A DNA stretch of 63,737 nt, the filler included, from Collodictyon triciliatum (Eukaryota): NCBI GenBank assembly GCA_043381765.1. It is 7 parts of 7 records of this genome, joined end to end, with 100 filler letters (N's around TTAATTAATTAA, not from the genome) between each part and the next. Parts side by side here need not be neighbours in the genome. Positions count along the whole stretch, not along the records: positions 12,993 to 27,854 come from JBHJMP010000700.1; 6 more parts are not named here. One strand, written 5' to 3'. The position numbers were made by a program, and so were the translations under genes. The notes beneath the pieces are model-generated. The model was given only the letters and a program-made list of their open reading frames with translations. It did not search any database and had not been told where the DNA came from. The number at the start of each line of letters is the position of its first letter. The stretch's first letter is position 1. Shown in pieces: positions 12,893 to 26,400 of the stretch.

Positions 12893-12992
12893 NNNNNNNN
12901 NNNNNNNNNNNNNNNNNNNNNNNNNNNNNNNNNNNNTTAATTAATTAANNNNNNNNNNNNNNNNNNNNNNNNNNNNNNNNNNNNNNNNNNNN
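12893..12992. other. artificial scaffold spacer 44N-TTAATTAATTAA-44N
   Basis: 100-nt block with a stop-in-all-frames linker, identical at six places in the window. Confidence 0.97.
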
Positions 12993-13185
12993 CACTCACT
13001 CACTCACTCACTCACTCACTCACTCACTCACTCACTCACTCACTCACTCACTCACTCACTCACTCACTCACTCTCTCACTCACTCACTCACTCTCTCACT
13101 CACTCACCCACTCACCCACTCACTCACTCACTCACTCACTCACTCACTCACTCTCTCACTCTCTTACTCTCTCACTCACTCACTC
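12993..13185. repeat. (CACT)n microsatellite upstream of MED21
   Basis: Direct tandem repeat. Confidence 0.95.
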
Positions 13186-13247
13186 AGCCACCCACCATTC
13201 CAAAAAAATAAGGAAAAAAAAGGAAGCAGTTTTAAGTTTCTGGAGGC

Positions 13248-14034
13248 ATGAATCCCATTCCCAAGGGCTACGACCACGAGAAAAAGGAAGACGCTCTTGC
13301 ACCAGCACAAAAAGCCACGCACGACCTGATCACCCAGACCCAGGCGCACCTGCTTGGCCTGATCGACCTGATGCACAATTCTATTGGCTACCTTCAATAC
13401 GCAGCAACCGAGCGCGACCTATCCTGGCAAAGTGAAGCAGACGCTGGAACCACAACAAAGGCAGAACCGTCCGAAGGCTTTACCGACCAAGCCATAGAAT
13501 CCAAGCATGAAGAGCATTCTGTGCCTGCCGCACCAAATCCCACCCCAGCCGACTTTGCACATGATCTTGTAACTGTTCCACTTTGTATCTCTACAAGGCT
13601 GACTTTTGTGTAGGATGACATTCATTTGTTACTCAAAGAGCGTACCACTATTTATAGGTGCAGCGGTTTAAAGTGCTAGATATGCAATTCAATCAGCTCC
13701 CTGAGATGATTCCCTCTGAAGATGAGCATGTTGCAGTTCTACAGGAGCAAGAGGCTCACTTTCAGCAGCCAGTCCAAGAACTTACACATCAAGTTCAAAC
13801 AATAGGTCAGCACTCTACCCCAGTTTATGCATATCTGTTGCCGAAAATAGGTCATATGCGACTTATTACATATATAAACATATATATTTATATGAAGCCA
13901 TTTTTAATATCTAACGACTTGGTATAGAAGAACTCCTATGCAAAGTCCAAAAAACTATCGGATATATTCATGTACAACTCCTCGCTACGGATGGGATAAT
14001 CGTGACTGGTGATGTTGATTTACCAACAGATTGA
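13248..14034 (+). CDS. MED21: Mediator complex subunit 21 (Srb7); 3 exons
   Basis: DLITQTQAHLLGLIDLMHNSIGYLQ resembles MED21 DRLTQLQDAV...FCNAIGVLQ. Also FAHDLVQRFKVLDMQFNQLP (cf. DIDVLIDSLP) and EELLCKVQKTIGYI. Introns 13569-13657 and 13806-13927; TGA at 14032-14034. Confidence 0.85.
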
Positions 14035-14896
14035 TGCATGCACAGTCGTGATATCTTTGATTTAAGAGGATGTAATAAAAAAAAACCTACACAGATGATA
14101 ATCAAGTCTGATGGAGCATATATATTTTCCAATTTCCTATGATACAAATTTACAGTATTGATGTCAAGCACGGTTAAGCTAAAAACAAGGTGAAGAGAAT
14201 AGATTTCCTATTCACGAAAGCTTCNNNNNNNNNNNNNNNNNNNNNNNNNNNNNNNNNNNNNNNNNNNNNNNNNNNNNNNNNNNNNNNNNNNNNNNNNNNN
14301 NNNNNNNNNNNNNNNNNNNNNNNNNNNNNNNNNNNNNNNNNNNNNNNNNNNNNNNNNNNNNNNNNNNNNNNNNNNNNNNNNNNNNNNNNNNNNNNNNNNN
14401 NNNNNNNNNNNNNNNNNNNNNNNNNNNNNNNNNNNNNNNNNNNNNNNNNNNNNNNNNNNNNNNNNNNNNNNNNNNNNNNNNNNNNNNNNNNNNNNNNNNN
14501 NNNNNNNNNNNNNNNNNNNNNNNNNNNNNNNNNNNNNNNNNNNNNNNNNNNNNNNNNNNNNNNNNNNNNNNNNNNNNNNNNNNNNNNNNNNNNNNNNNNN
14601 NNNNNNNNNNNNNNNNNNNNNNNNNNNNNNNNNNNNNNNNNNNNNNNNNNNNNNNNNNNNNNNNNNNNNNNNNNNNNNNNNNNNNNNNNNNNNNNNNNNN
14701 NNNNNNNNNNNNNNNNNNNNNNNNNNNNNNNNNNNNNNNNNNNNNNNNNNNNNNNNNNNNNNNNNNNNNNNNNNNNNNNNNNNNNNNNNNNNNNNNNNNN
14801 NNNNNNNNNNNNNNNNNNNNNNNNNNNNNNNNNNNNNNNNNNNNNNNNNNNNNNNNNNNNNNNNNNNNNNNNNNNNNNNNNNNNNNNNNNNNNNNN

Positions 14897-17800
14897 CTCA
14901 CCCCCTCTCACGGGAATCACGCAACGCCAGCCACACAGCCCGACGACCCGCCGATCGGAATGCACGGGCAGCCCAGCACGCACGGGAGTCACGCAGCCGC
15001 CCCCGCAAAGGCCGCCTCCCCGCCGCCCCCGCCCGCTGCGACGCAGGGCACCCCCCTCCCGCCGACGGCACAGCGGACAACGCCCTTCAACGCGGGCTAC
15101 GCCGCCCCCTTCGCCCAGCACACGCACGCGCACGAGACGCCCTTCGCCCGCGGGGGGCCCTTCCGCCTGCCGCCGCACGACGAGACGCACGGGCCCGATC
15201 TGCTTGCCGACCCGCCGCACCTGACCGCCCTCGCCCTCGCCCACGACCCCCACCCCCACCCCCATGTGCACGCGCACGCGCACGCGCACGCACTCCCCCA
15301 CCCCTTCGGCCCGGCCTTTGCGCACCAACCCGCTCATCCGTTCCACCCCTACCACGTGCCGCAGCTGCACCCGCCCCACATGCTCGCCGCCCATCCGCCC
15401 CACATTCCGGGGTCGCATCAGCCCCACATTCCCGGGCCACATCAGCCCCACATTCCCGGGTCGCATCAGCCCCACGAGGCCCTGGAGCACTCGGAGGAGA
15501 GCGACTTCCTGCGCCACCCCACATCCACGCAGCACCCGCCCATGCTCACCGCGGCGCTCGACTACTTTGCCGACGAGGCCACGCATGGCCACAGCCACAG
15601 CCACAGCCACAGCCACAACCACACGCTCGCGCACACCATCTCGCAGATGTCCATGCAAGGCAGTTCGCACGCGCACGCGCACGCGCACGCGCACGCACCC
15701 GCCCGGTCGCAGAAGACCGCCCCCGCCCGGCCGCAGCACCCCCCGCTGGCACCCCTGCAGCCCGTGCAGCAGACCTACGCCGCCCGGCCCTTCTTCCAGC
15801 CCCTGCAGCCCGGCCACAGCTCCACCAGCCACTCCCTCGACGAGCCCGACCATCCCGAGCCACCGGCCACAGCTCGCCACAGCATCCACCACGCCCAGCC
15901 CCAGCTCCACGCCTTCCAGCCCGAGCACAATGTGGTCAGCCTCAACCTTAACCTTAACCACAGCCACAGCCAAAACCACAGCCACAGCCACACAGCCTAT
16001 TCCGCCCAGCACAGCGTCCCTCCGCATCCGGCAGCCGACCAGTACGTCCGGCACGTGTCTTCTGCTCGGTATGCGCAGCCGTCCTACCGTCCCCAACAAT
16101 CGCAGCAGATACTCTATCCGCAGCCGCAGCCACAGCCACAGCCACAGTCGCAGCACAAGCCACAACCACTACAACCACAGCCACAACAATCGCAGCCACA
16201 ACCCGTTAACTGGATTGCCCTGAATCCCGTCCCTGAAATGCGGCAGCCGTTGCCCGAATCGCTCCCGACTCCGCCCCGTGATGACGAGTTGGACACTGTC
16301 GCTCGTGTATGTTCTTAGTTTCTTCATTTGACTAGAAGTCTCGAAAGAAGAAAGAAATGAAAAAAAAAAAAGAGATAAAGAAAAAGAAAAGAAAACGAAA
16401 AGAAAGATGAAATCATAATGCGTTTCCTTTTTCCTCTTCTTTTACTTTCTCTCCTTGTTCACTTTCGTCATCTTTCTTGTAACTTTCCCTCTCCTCGTCA
16501 AAGAAAGATATGTACTTCAAATATCTACTCCAAAAAGGGAGAAACATAGAATACACTCACATATACACATATACACATATACACATATACACATATACAC
16601 ATATACACATATACACATATACACATATACACATATACACATATACACATATACACATATACACATATACACATATACACATATACACATATACACATAT
16701 ACACATATACACATATTCNNNNNNNNNNNNNNNNNNNNNNNNNNNNNNNNNNNNNNNNNNNNNNNNNNNNNNNNNNNNNNNNNNNNNNNNNNNNNNNNNN
16801 NNNNNNNNNNNNNNNNNNCTTTTTCCTTTTTCCTTTTTCCTTTTTCCTTTTTCCTTTTTCCTTTTTCCTTTTTCCTTTTTCCTTTTTCCTTTTTCCTTTT
16901 TCCTTTTTCCTTTTTTCCTTTTTTCCTTTTTCCTTTTTCCTTATTACTTTTTTTCCTTTTTTTCCTTATTCCGTTTTCCTTTTTCTATTTCTTGCTGTCT
17001 TTCTCTTGCATATTAGACCAACCAATCGACGAGAAGGGATATCCAGCGATATCAAAGCAAGAGCCCGTAATCGATGGTATCCTCCGGCAAAAAAATCACA
17101 AAGCTGTATGGAAAGAAATGAGCGATAAGATCCAGGTGAACTGAAATCCCATCATTTATATTTTACTTAGTTACTTTGTCACGATTGAACAGTTGATTAT
17201 CCATCAGTAATCTATATTTCTTTTTTTTTTTTCCAATCAGCGAATTAATATTTAACATACTATATCTAAACGTACATATACAGCGCTTTTTTTTTAATGT
17301 TGTAAATACTCATATGTATATACCATTTTACAATAACTCATCTTTCCACCCCAATAGGAAATTAAGAAAAGCATCGACATCGCTGTTTTCAACGAAATAA
17401 AGAAATTTGTGATACGTTTCTCAAACAAAGGTTACTTGGAAGTCGGCCACGAAATTCCAACCGCCGCACTTTTTGCAGGAATCAACGTCCAAGACCACCA
17501 ATCAACAGTTTCAAAGCTATCTGATTTTTTAAAGACCGAATGTGGAGCAATCACAGCTATTTTGCGATCGGTAACACACAATCCTTACTTATTTGTTTTT
17601 AATAAAGGAAAATAGATGTGGAAGTGTAAATAAACCTGCTGATTTTGAAGAAAAATTAGGTAAGTAAAAAATAAAAAATACCTATGTATGTAACTCATCA
17701 GAAAAACTGCCCCAATGTCTCTCTCACGGTTCGTTCCCTGATTGAATCGGTCATGCGACGCGAGTTTATCAGCGATGATTACGTATACTTTTGACAAACA

Positions 17801-20800
17801 TATGAATTTAATTATATCTTCTCCTAAATCACCAGTAGGCATCAATTTTTTCTATTCGGTAATTAAATTTAGTAAAACTGCACTCCTAACTCTGTTAATT
17901 TTCTTTCTTTCTTTCTTTTCCTTCCTGAATACCACATTCATAGGAAGATGAAAACGAAGTAACCACGCAGCGCCAAGATGTAATCCCCTCTATCCTCTTT
18001 AAGTTTCGTTATTATCATGACATATCTATTCTCATTTAACCTAACTGAAACTTTGCAGCTTGGACCTACTCAACCTTTCTTTAACCGCCCAGGTCAGTAT
18101 CACAGTTCCATCGATCGATCTCCTGACAAAATGGTACAGCGGTTCCTATCACAGCCACCAAGCGCATTGTAATTTAGTTCTTTAAATTCATTTTTTTAAA
18201 AGGCATTTTGTATAAGTAGTATTAATCTGTATCTTTGAAATGAATTCGGTGCTTATTTGCTTTTTTTCTTCTCCTTCTCTTTTAAATGTGACACGACGCA
18301 GACTTGACTCCGGTTGTAATAATTATGGAAGACTTTGAAAATTTCCTGCCAGCTGTCACCGAGCGCTTCATAATGGCGATTGCGTAATTTTTCTTCCTTA
18401 TAATCCTCATGACCGCAATGAACAAATTTTTACCAACTACTTCTTATCATAGGAGGTACCGTCACCAAATCCCATTCATCTTAATCCCAGCTGTATCATC
18501 ACCCGTCGATATTCTCCCAAAGTTACTTCCAAGGTGGTACATCTAATCATTTTCTTATAAAATTACCTCACATACTTCATATAAATCGTCTCACACAACT
18601 GACACTATCTTCCAACACGGTTACATTCACGTGTCATATGTCCTTTTCTCATAAACAGTTCTGTCACGTATGCAAAAAAAAAAAAAAAGTATTAAAAGAA
18701 GTAATTAATTCACATTCAACCCCTATCATAGGACAATCACGTCAAATTTGCTGATGGAAAAGTTCTTCATGGAGGCACCTTCTAGCTCGGTAGAGCGGAT
18801 CGTCTCAGAGGTAATGATTAGACCTTTTTACATAGATAAATGGATGCAATACGTGACCTTTTAGCCAATTATTTTCCCTTTCATCGTATATTATTTCTGA
18901 ATAACTGCAAACAAAAGAAACAAAACATGATTAAGCAATATATATATAAACAAAATAAACTAACGAAAAACTTACTGTATACCTTTACTCGTCCATTTGT
19001 CTCAACGCAAAACTTGCCAACCTATGCACCGAATGAATTAGCTCTTGATCTCTCCACACTTCCCCTTGAAACTGGGTCGCAAGGTTTCCCTCCAATTCTA
19101 GCGAATGCTTGGTCGCTACTCAACCCCTTTTCCTTTCACATATTCTCCTTTGTAATATCATTTTATCCATACTTTTTTCTTTTATTTTAGGAAAAGTCAC
19201 ATAATGTACTACATACTTCGTAAAGTTTAGTAGTTGACTACAAATTCTTACATATTCACAACTTCTTAGGCTATTAGTGTTCTTGTGAATGTCTTTGATA
19301 ATTACAACTTTTCCCTTCAAGGTTTTGTTCGTGGGCTTAAGGTGAATTACTTTATTTTTTTTCTTATTGTCATTTCGTTTCGTTTCGTTTCGTTTCGTTT
19401 CGTTTCGTTTCGTTTCGTTTCGTTTCGTTTCGTTTCCTTTCCTTTCCTTTCCTTTCGTTTCCTATTTTTGCAAATATAACATAGACTTAAATCTAATTAA
19501 TCACGAGGCTAAATTCAAATATTGAACTACAGTATGTTACCTTGCAACATTTTACAAAAACATCAGCTAGTATGTTGTGTTCTACATCCTCGGATGAAGT
19601 AGTCAGTTATTTATTTATTTTTTTATAGTATGTCACTTTCATTTTTAATACATGTGAAAAAAAAAATAAAAGTGATCTATGATCAAACATCATAATCTTT
19701 TTATGTGAGCTGATATTGTTCTGAATAAAACCTTGTCTTATAGCAATATTTTTAAGTCATAATATGAAAGCAATTGTAGCCTACATAACAGTCCGATGAG
19801 TTTATTTCTTTCACTTAACCTTTGCGTTTATTAGCTCCGTCAAATGAATCCTGAGACGATCCGCATGATTCGTCAGCTTCCATCATTTATGAAGTAATGA
19901 TTTCTGTTCCAAAATCATCATCAAGTAAACCAGTTTCTCAGTCGTGGTGAATCATCTTGTATAATAGTTATATTGAGACGTCAGACATCCCTGGGGACGA
20001 AAAGAGGAAACTTTTAGAAGATGACCAATATACTGCATTAATCATATCAAAGTGGATACATGATATTAAGGATTATCAAGGTTAGACTTCCTTTCTATCT
20101 TTCAAGGGGTGCGAAATAAAAATTTTAATATCACAAAATCATTCATCTGTCCTGCAATTTAGTTCGGTTCGCGAAGATATTCGGAATATTAGTTGGTTTG
20201 TTTTTTATATATGAATATTTTTGACCATAAATAAAATTAAGCGACAAATCGATTTGTAAAATTATGTGTTATCGTAAGTGGATTGAGTATATCTAATCGT
20301 ATACAAAATTAAACAAGCACACATAAACTCAATATATTCTAGAAATCAACCGAGCTCTACCAACACCATTCAACATAAGAAATATTTACATCGAGTTGAT
20401 GGATAGAGACTTTCGTAGCTCATTGATGTTTGCCACGTTCACAGACTCACTGAGGTATTGCGAAGCAGTTCCTTCCATTTCCAAGCAATTAAGTCATGGT
20501 GGAATAGATTTCACTTACTAGTTTGGGTCCCTGACTTACTCGTAAAGACACATTACATTCGTAAATCATACTCACATGAATATTCTTCAATGTTTTCACG
20601 AGCAGATGGATGAATTCCGGCCAATCAGCATCCCTTGTTCAAAAATGGCTGGACCTATTAAAGGATAACATAGTATGCTCTATTATAATATTTTTCTTCG
20701 GATAGCATCACACTTTTAAATTCATCCGAAGGAGGTTATCAGTTTTTCCTATCGATATGTTCACATTTTTCATGATTTTATGCGCATTTCTTAGTTTAAG

Positions 20801-22480
20801 TAGTCTGACATCCTTATTTATCATCATCATCATAGCCACACGGTTCTACACAATTCAGCTCTTTGCAATACTATGAAGAATATCAAACCCTCTTTAAATT
20901 GTACAATAAAATCAAGGATGGCATCCATGATAACATTCATGATGGCCGACGTAAGAGGAACCTTAGAAAATTTTATAGGCCATAATAGCTTTATCCATGT
21001 CCTTTTTATCGTATGACCATCGGTCACTTCCTTCAAAAATGTATTCTAAATTAGCACATAAATTAAAAATTGGACTATACTTAAATCAACAAAATTTAGG
21101 CATGAGGTCGAGGCGCAAAGGCGACGTGCGTGGTGCCTTCTTAGAGGATGAAAACGATCTTTCGACCATTGCCATGACATCTTCCATCGCAAAACGAAGG
21201 TTCAAAAAATATGCTGATTTCTCTCCTTAATTACATTTCCTCATTGTTTGCCGTGGGACTATTGTAACGGTCATTCACAACTATCGATGGTTAGGAGGCA
21301 TCTACAGGAAACCATTGAAAATTCTCGAAGTAAAGGGAATGAAACATCACTGGGGTCTATCCTCGTTAACATGATAAGGTTTGAACTCACATGCTTTACA
21401 ACGATGCAAAATAATCTCTTTTCAATCTTTCCTTTTTTAAAATGAGAGTCTTTTTTTTCTATGCCTTTTTTGATTTAACCGAACTTACATAAAAAATGTC
21501 GATAAATTCTGTCTAATACACATATAAACAGGAAACACTTCCGTTGTTACCAAGAATTTCCTCTACACGAAATATTCTACGCCAATTGCCCCCGCCTAGC
21601 TTCGGTAAATATGGAATAATTCACGATGCGTACTTTCTCTGCATTGCTCGAACAGAACGAATTAATGGAATATTTATTGCTTTGATTTTTTTTTTTTTTT
21701 TAAAAAAAACATGAACTTTTGAGATGGACATGATTTTTTTTTTTTTTATGTGTCACGAAAATTAAGAATTATTGTTATTTTTTTGTGGTCTTCATCGCAG
21801 CGTTCTTTTTGAATTTTTTTTTTTTAAAAAATATTAAGCTGATTTTGTATCATTTTTTTCTCACATTTGTTCCACAACACACAGATTCTTATTCCAAAAG
21901 CACGCGCAACAGTCCAGTCAGCATTGGTGTCTACAAACTACTACCTCAATGCAGAAGATTGTCGTTCAGATCACCTGACTCCAAACCATGAAGATTCGAC
22001 AATCATGTAATTTATGATTTGATGAAAAAATGTGCTCATCACCATGAAGAACTGAAGCAGCTTGCCATAGTATATCTCTCCCTTTTTTTTTTTTGAATCG
22101 CTTTGGAGCCATTTTATGAATTTTATAGCATCCACGATGTAATTTTATTTCAATGTTTGCTCCAGGTTCAAACTTTACCAAGAAAGTGGAAAAGTCATAA
22201 ACATCCGCGACTGGTTCGATGCCTTCTCTTCAGTCTTGTCGCTGGCAAAGCCCCCGATTCCTCCCGAAGCGATTCAGTAAGCCATGCGCTTCTCCTAAGC
22301 AACCCTTTCCATTTTTGTCCAGGACTAATCGGCCGCTTTATCATATATCTTCATCACTCCCTTTGCCGCTCCCGCTTCGCCAGAACTCGCTTCCAAAACG
22401 AACTCAAGTCCCTGCAATTCTTGGGGTACATCAAACCGGCTCGAGGAAAACCAAATATTGTGATTCGCTTGGCACTTTAA
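14897..22480 (+). CDS. ORC3: Origin recognition complex subunit 3, apparently with a long His/Pro/Gln-rich N-terminal exon (start lies in the N gap)
   Basis: Spliced exons 17017-22480 give ORC3 hallmarks: EIPTAALFAGINVQDH, PVVIIMEDFENF, IPFILIPAVSS, FDNYNFSLQGFVRGLK, FPLHEIFY, FKLYQESGKVINIRDWFDAF, RFQNELKSLQFLGYIKP..VIRL*. The core is high confidence. The link to exon 14897-16304 is inferred from a phase-1 GT donor at 16305 joining the acceptor at 17016. Confidence 0.88.
16557..16940. repeat. intronic (ATATACAC)n, N gap, then (TTTTTCC)n
   Basis: Direct tandem repeats within the first visible ORC3 intron. Confidence 0.93.
19372..19461. repeat. intronic (TTTCG)n/(TTTCC)n
   Basis: Direct tandem repeat. 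Confidence 0.93.
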
Positions 22481-23014
22481 ATACTTTTACTGCATCACAA
22501 AATCCGCATTGAATTGAATGCAAATCAACATTTATGAAATATAAANNNNNNNNNNNNNNNNNNNNNNNNNNNNNNNNNNNNNNNNNNNNNNNNNNNNNNN
22601 NNNNNNNNNNNNNNNNNNNNNNNNNNNNNNNNNNNNNNNNNNNNNNNNNNNNNNNNNNNNNNNNNNNNNNNNNNNNNNNNNNNNNNNNNNNNNNNNNNNN
22701 NNNNNNNNNNNNNNNNNNNNNNNNNNNNNNNNNNNNNNNNNNNNNNNNNNNNNNNNNNNNNNNNNNNNNNNNNNNNNNNNNNNNNNNNNNNNNNNNNNNN
22801 NNNNNNNNNNNNNNNNNNNNNNNNNNNNNNNNNNNNNNNNNNNNNNNNNNNNNNNNNNNNNNNNNNNNNNNNNNNNNNNNNNNNNNNNNNNNNNNNNNNN
22901 NNNNNNNNNNNNNNNNNNNNNNNNNNNNNNNNNNNNNNNNNNNNNNNNNNNNNNNNNNNNNNNNNNNNNNNNNNNNNNNNNNNNNNNNNNNNNNNNNNNN
23001 NNNNNNNNNNNNNN

Positions 23015-23173
23015 CGCCAAAGGTGACGAAGCACTACGGACACTCGGGCTGTATTTTGCACTTCCCTCATCATCAGAGTTGAAACTTTCCTCTCCGATGA
23101 TGTTTCCACCATCAGTGTCATCAGCATCATCCTCGTCATCATCGTCATAGCCACTGCTTGATTCTCTTTCCAT
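23015..23173 (-). CDS. acidic/Ser-rich coding fragment running into an N gap
   Basis: MERESSSGYDDDDEDDADDTDGG... is open up to the gap. It may be a separate gene start or a terminal exon of the upstream minus-strand gene. Confidence 0.35.
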
Positions 23174-23422
23174 AGACCCAAGAAATGTTTTCTTGGTGGT
23201 TGAATTGCGGGTGTTAGGGAAGGTTAAAACCAACAAGCATTTCTTGTGATTGGGTAGCGTAGTAATTCATAAGCATATGTCACATGCAGCAGGGAGGAAG
23301 TAAAAGAAAACACACAAGCTGCTCGAATTCTTGAATTTTCGTCGTTGATAGTGCGGATGAAATCTCTGTATAACCATGAAGCTATTAAGTATTCCAATTT
23401 TTTCTTTCATAGCTCTGGGCGA

Positions 23423-26400
23423 CTACACATGAGGGGTTTTGAAAGGAAACAAACGCGCAGCGTCGTGAGCTTCTCCATCGAGATTATCTTGACTTAAAAA
23501 ATCGCGGAAAAAGGCTTTGAGCATCATAGCTGGGCCATCATATGTGCGATGTGTAATGCTCGCAGCCCGAAATAGCGCCTGCATTTTTCTTTTTCTTAGA
23601 TACGTGTATCGATTGATAGCTCATAAAAAAAAAAACGACAAATATTAACGCACAGTGTATGCATTGGGCCACTGTTTGATAACCTCATCAAAAATGTAAA
23701 GAAAATATGTTATATTTCTTCAAAACTACGCCAAAAAATGTTCCGAATATATTCAAAATACTTCTTTGAACTCTCTGTACGTTACCTGGATGATAAATAT
23801 TAAAGTCAGAAAAAATAACAGCGGTACTCTGTCGCTTCGGCAAATGAATGCATTAGTACGGATTTTCGATATGATTGAAATATAAGAATGGGAACGAAAA
23901 ACATACGCCACTGTCTGACCTATCATACTCTCCGGTTGACAGTTCTGGAACCTTCGTGTGCGATTGCATGTAACAATAAATGGCGTGAGCTAGAGAGAGA
24001 CCTTTATCAATCACGCCAAAGTCCTAAAAAGAGAGCGAATTACTAAATGAGAGCCACGCACTTCATGCATAATATTCAAGCTGTATTGGGCCGCCATACA
24101 ATAATGAGCTTTAGAAACTGACGAAGACTCAGTAGAGAATCCTTTTGCGAAGATGATGTTGATGTATTAGATATGTTCTGGTCAATCGATTGTTGCGATT
24201 GGCTTGATGGCACGTCCAGGCCATCGAGGCCATATGACCTACTTCGACGACGAGTCCGTGTGAATTGGCGACAATAATCGTGAAACAACTTGAGCAATAC
24301 ACCATTATTTTCAATAAATAGCTCCTATGCGTAACAAGGAAAAATTTAAGCTGAAGTAAAGATTCATCTATCTGTGCATTCATCAAAGAAGCTCAAGAAG
24401 AAGAAATAAATATTGGATGANNNNNNNNNNNNNNNNNNNNNNNNNNNNNNNNNNNNNNNNNNNNNNNNNNNNNNNNNNNNNNNNNNNNNNNNNNNNNNNN
24501 NNNNNNNNNNNNNNNNNNNNNNNNNNNNNNNNNNNNNNNNNNNNNNNNNNNNNNNNNNNNNNNNNNNNNNNNNNNNNNNNNNNNNNNNNNNNNNNNNNNN
24601 NNNNNNNNNNNNNNNNNNNNNNNNNNNNNNNNNNNNNNNNNNNNNNNNNNNNNNNNNNNNNNNNNNNNNNNNNNNNNNNNNNNNNNNNNNNNNNNNNNNN
24701 NNNNNNNNNNNNNNNNNNNNNNNNNNNNNNNNNNNNNNNNNNNNNNNNNNNNNNNNNNNNNNNNNNNNNNNNNNNNNNNNNNNNNNNNATTCCAAAAATT
24801 GATCATAAGTTAAGAACCTTGAATAAACATGTGACCCCTTCTATACATAGTCGCAAATGAGTCAGCAAAACGAACCGAATTTTTTTCATGTTACTCTTCA
24901 TTTAAAAAGAACACCACAAATGTAGAACAATTAAGGATAAACTAATAGGAAATTAATATATTCGTCGAAGCAGAAACCAACAAGATATTCTTTTGCGTAA
25001 TCAAATCGACGGGAAGTTTTAATGAAGCAACGATCGATGGACCCTAAGCGTAATATATAATGGACAAAAAAAAAAAAATGATATACCTATGGTACATTAT
25101 CGTCGAAATTTTGCATCCATAAAATTTTAATTTGATTTATGATGGTTGACAATTATCACAATTAGTATGTTAACCGTGTGTGAAGACGGACAAATACATA
25201 TTGAGAAAAACGACCTGATGACATGTCTCCACCAAAAATATTACAATCTTTTACAAATCGATTAAATTGAGTCAGATTTAAACGGAGGTCGCGGTCTTCC
25301 ATTAGCTTAATTTCGCTGCATATTTTAATTATGTTGGTTTTAAAAGGTCATATAAAATGCTTAATTCATCACCCATCAATTCTTCCCGTCTAATGCTATT
25401 TTTGCTGTTTGTTTTCTATCTAACCTTGTGCCATACATGCAGTAATATCGGTAGATTTTGTTCAATGCATCTGAATAGTGTATATATAATTTTTTCTTTT
25501 TACTCAGTGCCCTTATTTTTCAACTAAATAAAATTATATATGAGTATTTATGCTAAAATTAAACAAACCTTTAAATCGATGAAAGTGGTCTTGAATGGAT
25601 AGATTCATATCGAGCTGTTCTTGATGTGAGAAAAATTCCAGCAAATCATCGATATTGATATCAACAATCTCCACTAAGGTGAAATATTTTTTTAAATAAG
25701 TGCGAAATAGAAAACCAAAAAAGTTTTATATAAAATCTTAAGCATCATTCGGATAAGGGATTTCTATTCATTTGTCCTTTTAGTTAAAAAGAAAAAAAAA
25801 CTCAACCAGAAAATTCTGTAACCTTTATCTATATCGGCAGTTAACCTATCATCATCAGAGCTTCGTGATTGGAGTCTTGATAACGTAAGGCGATATTGCC
25901 TCTGCAACTTCTCGACATTCGCCTATGATAATATATGATTAATTTTTTTTTTTTTTGTTCTTTTAAGCTATAGAAAGAGGTCGATCCGAACCTGTTCAAC
26001 AGTTAACGTAGACAACACATTTTCTCTCTTTTTTTGAAGCAAAATGACACTGAATAAATTCGAGTAGCGAATTTTAATTTTTTAAATTAAATATATATTA
26101 AACGCATTCAGTTCACAAGTCAATTAGTTCTGATTTTGTTACAACATTCGGCTCAAGTGTGTAAACCCTAAGTTGCATAATAAGAGATGGATAATTGCTC
26201 ACCGGGTCTCTAATCTCATGATTTGTTTCAGCAACTTATCCTATTCGTAATTAAAGAATAGTTTTTTTTTTTAGTACGCGCAGAAGAACAGGAAAATTTT
26301 ATTCATCCTTTCGCACTTTACCCTTTCTTTCAAATCAACTTGCATCGCCTGGTCAACTCGACTGAGCTCATTATTTAGGATTCGTAAATGTTTCATCGTC

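Noticed and set aside
14174-16296. Long antisense and alternate-frame ORFs (663 aa, 319 aa and others)
   Set aside because: Shadows of the GC-rich, repeat-rich His/Pro exon, extended through N gaps.
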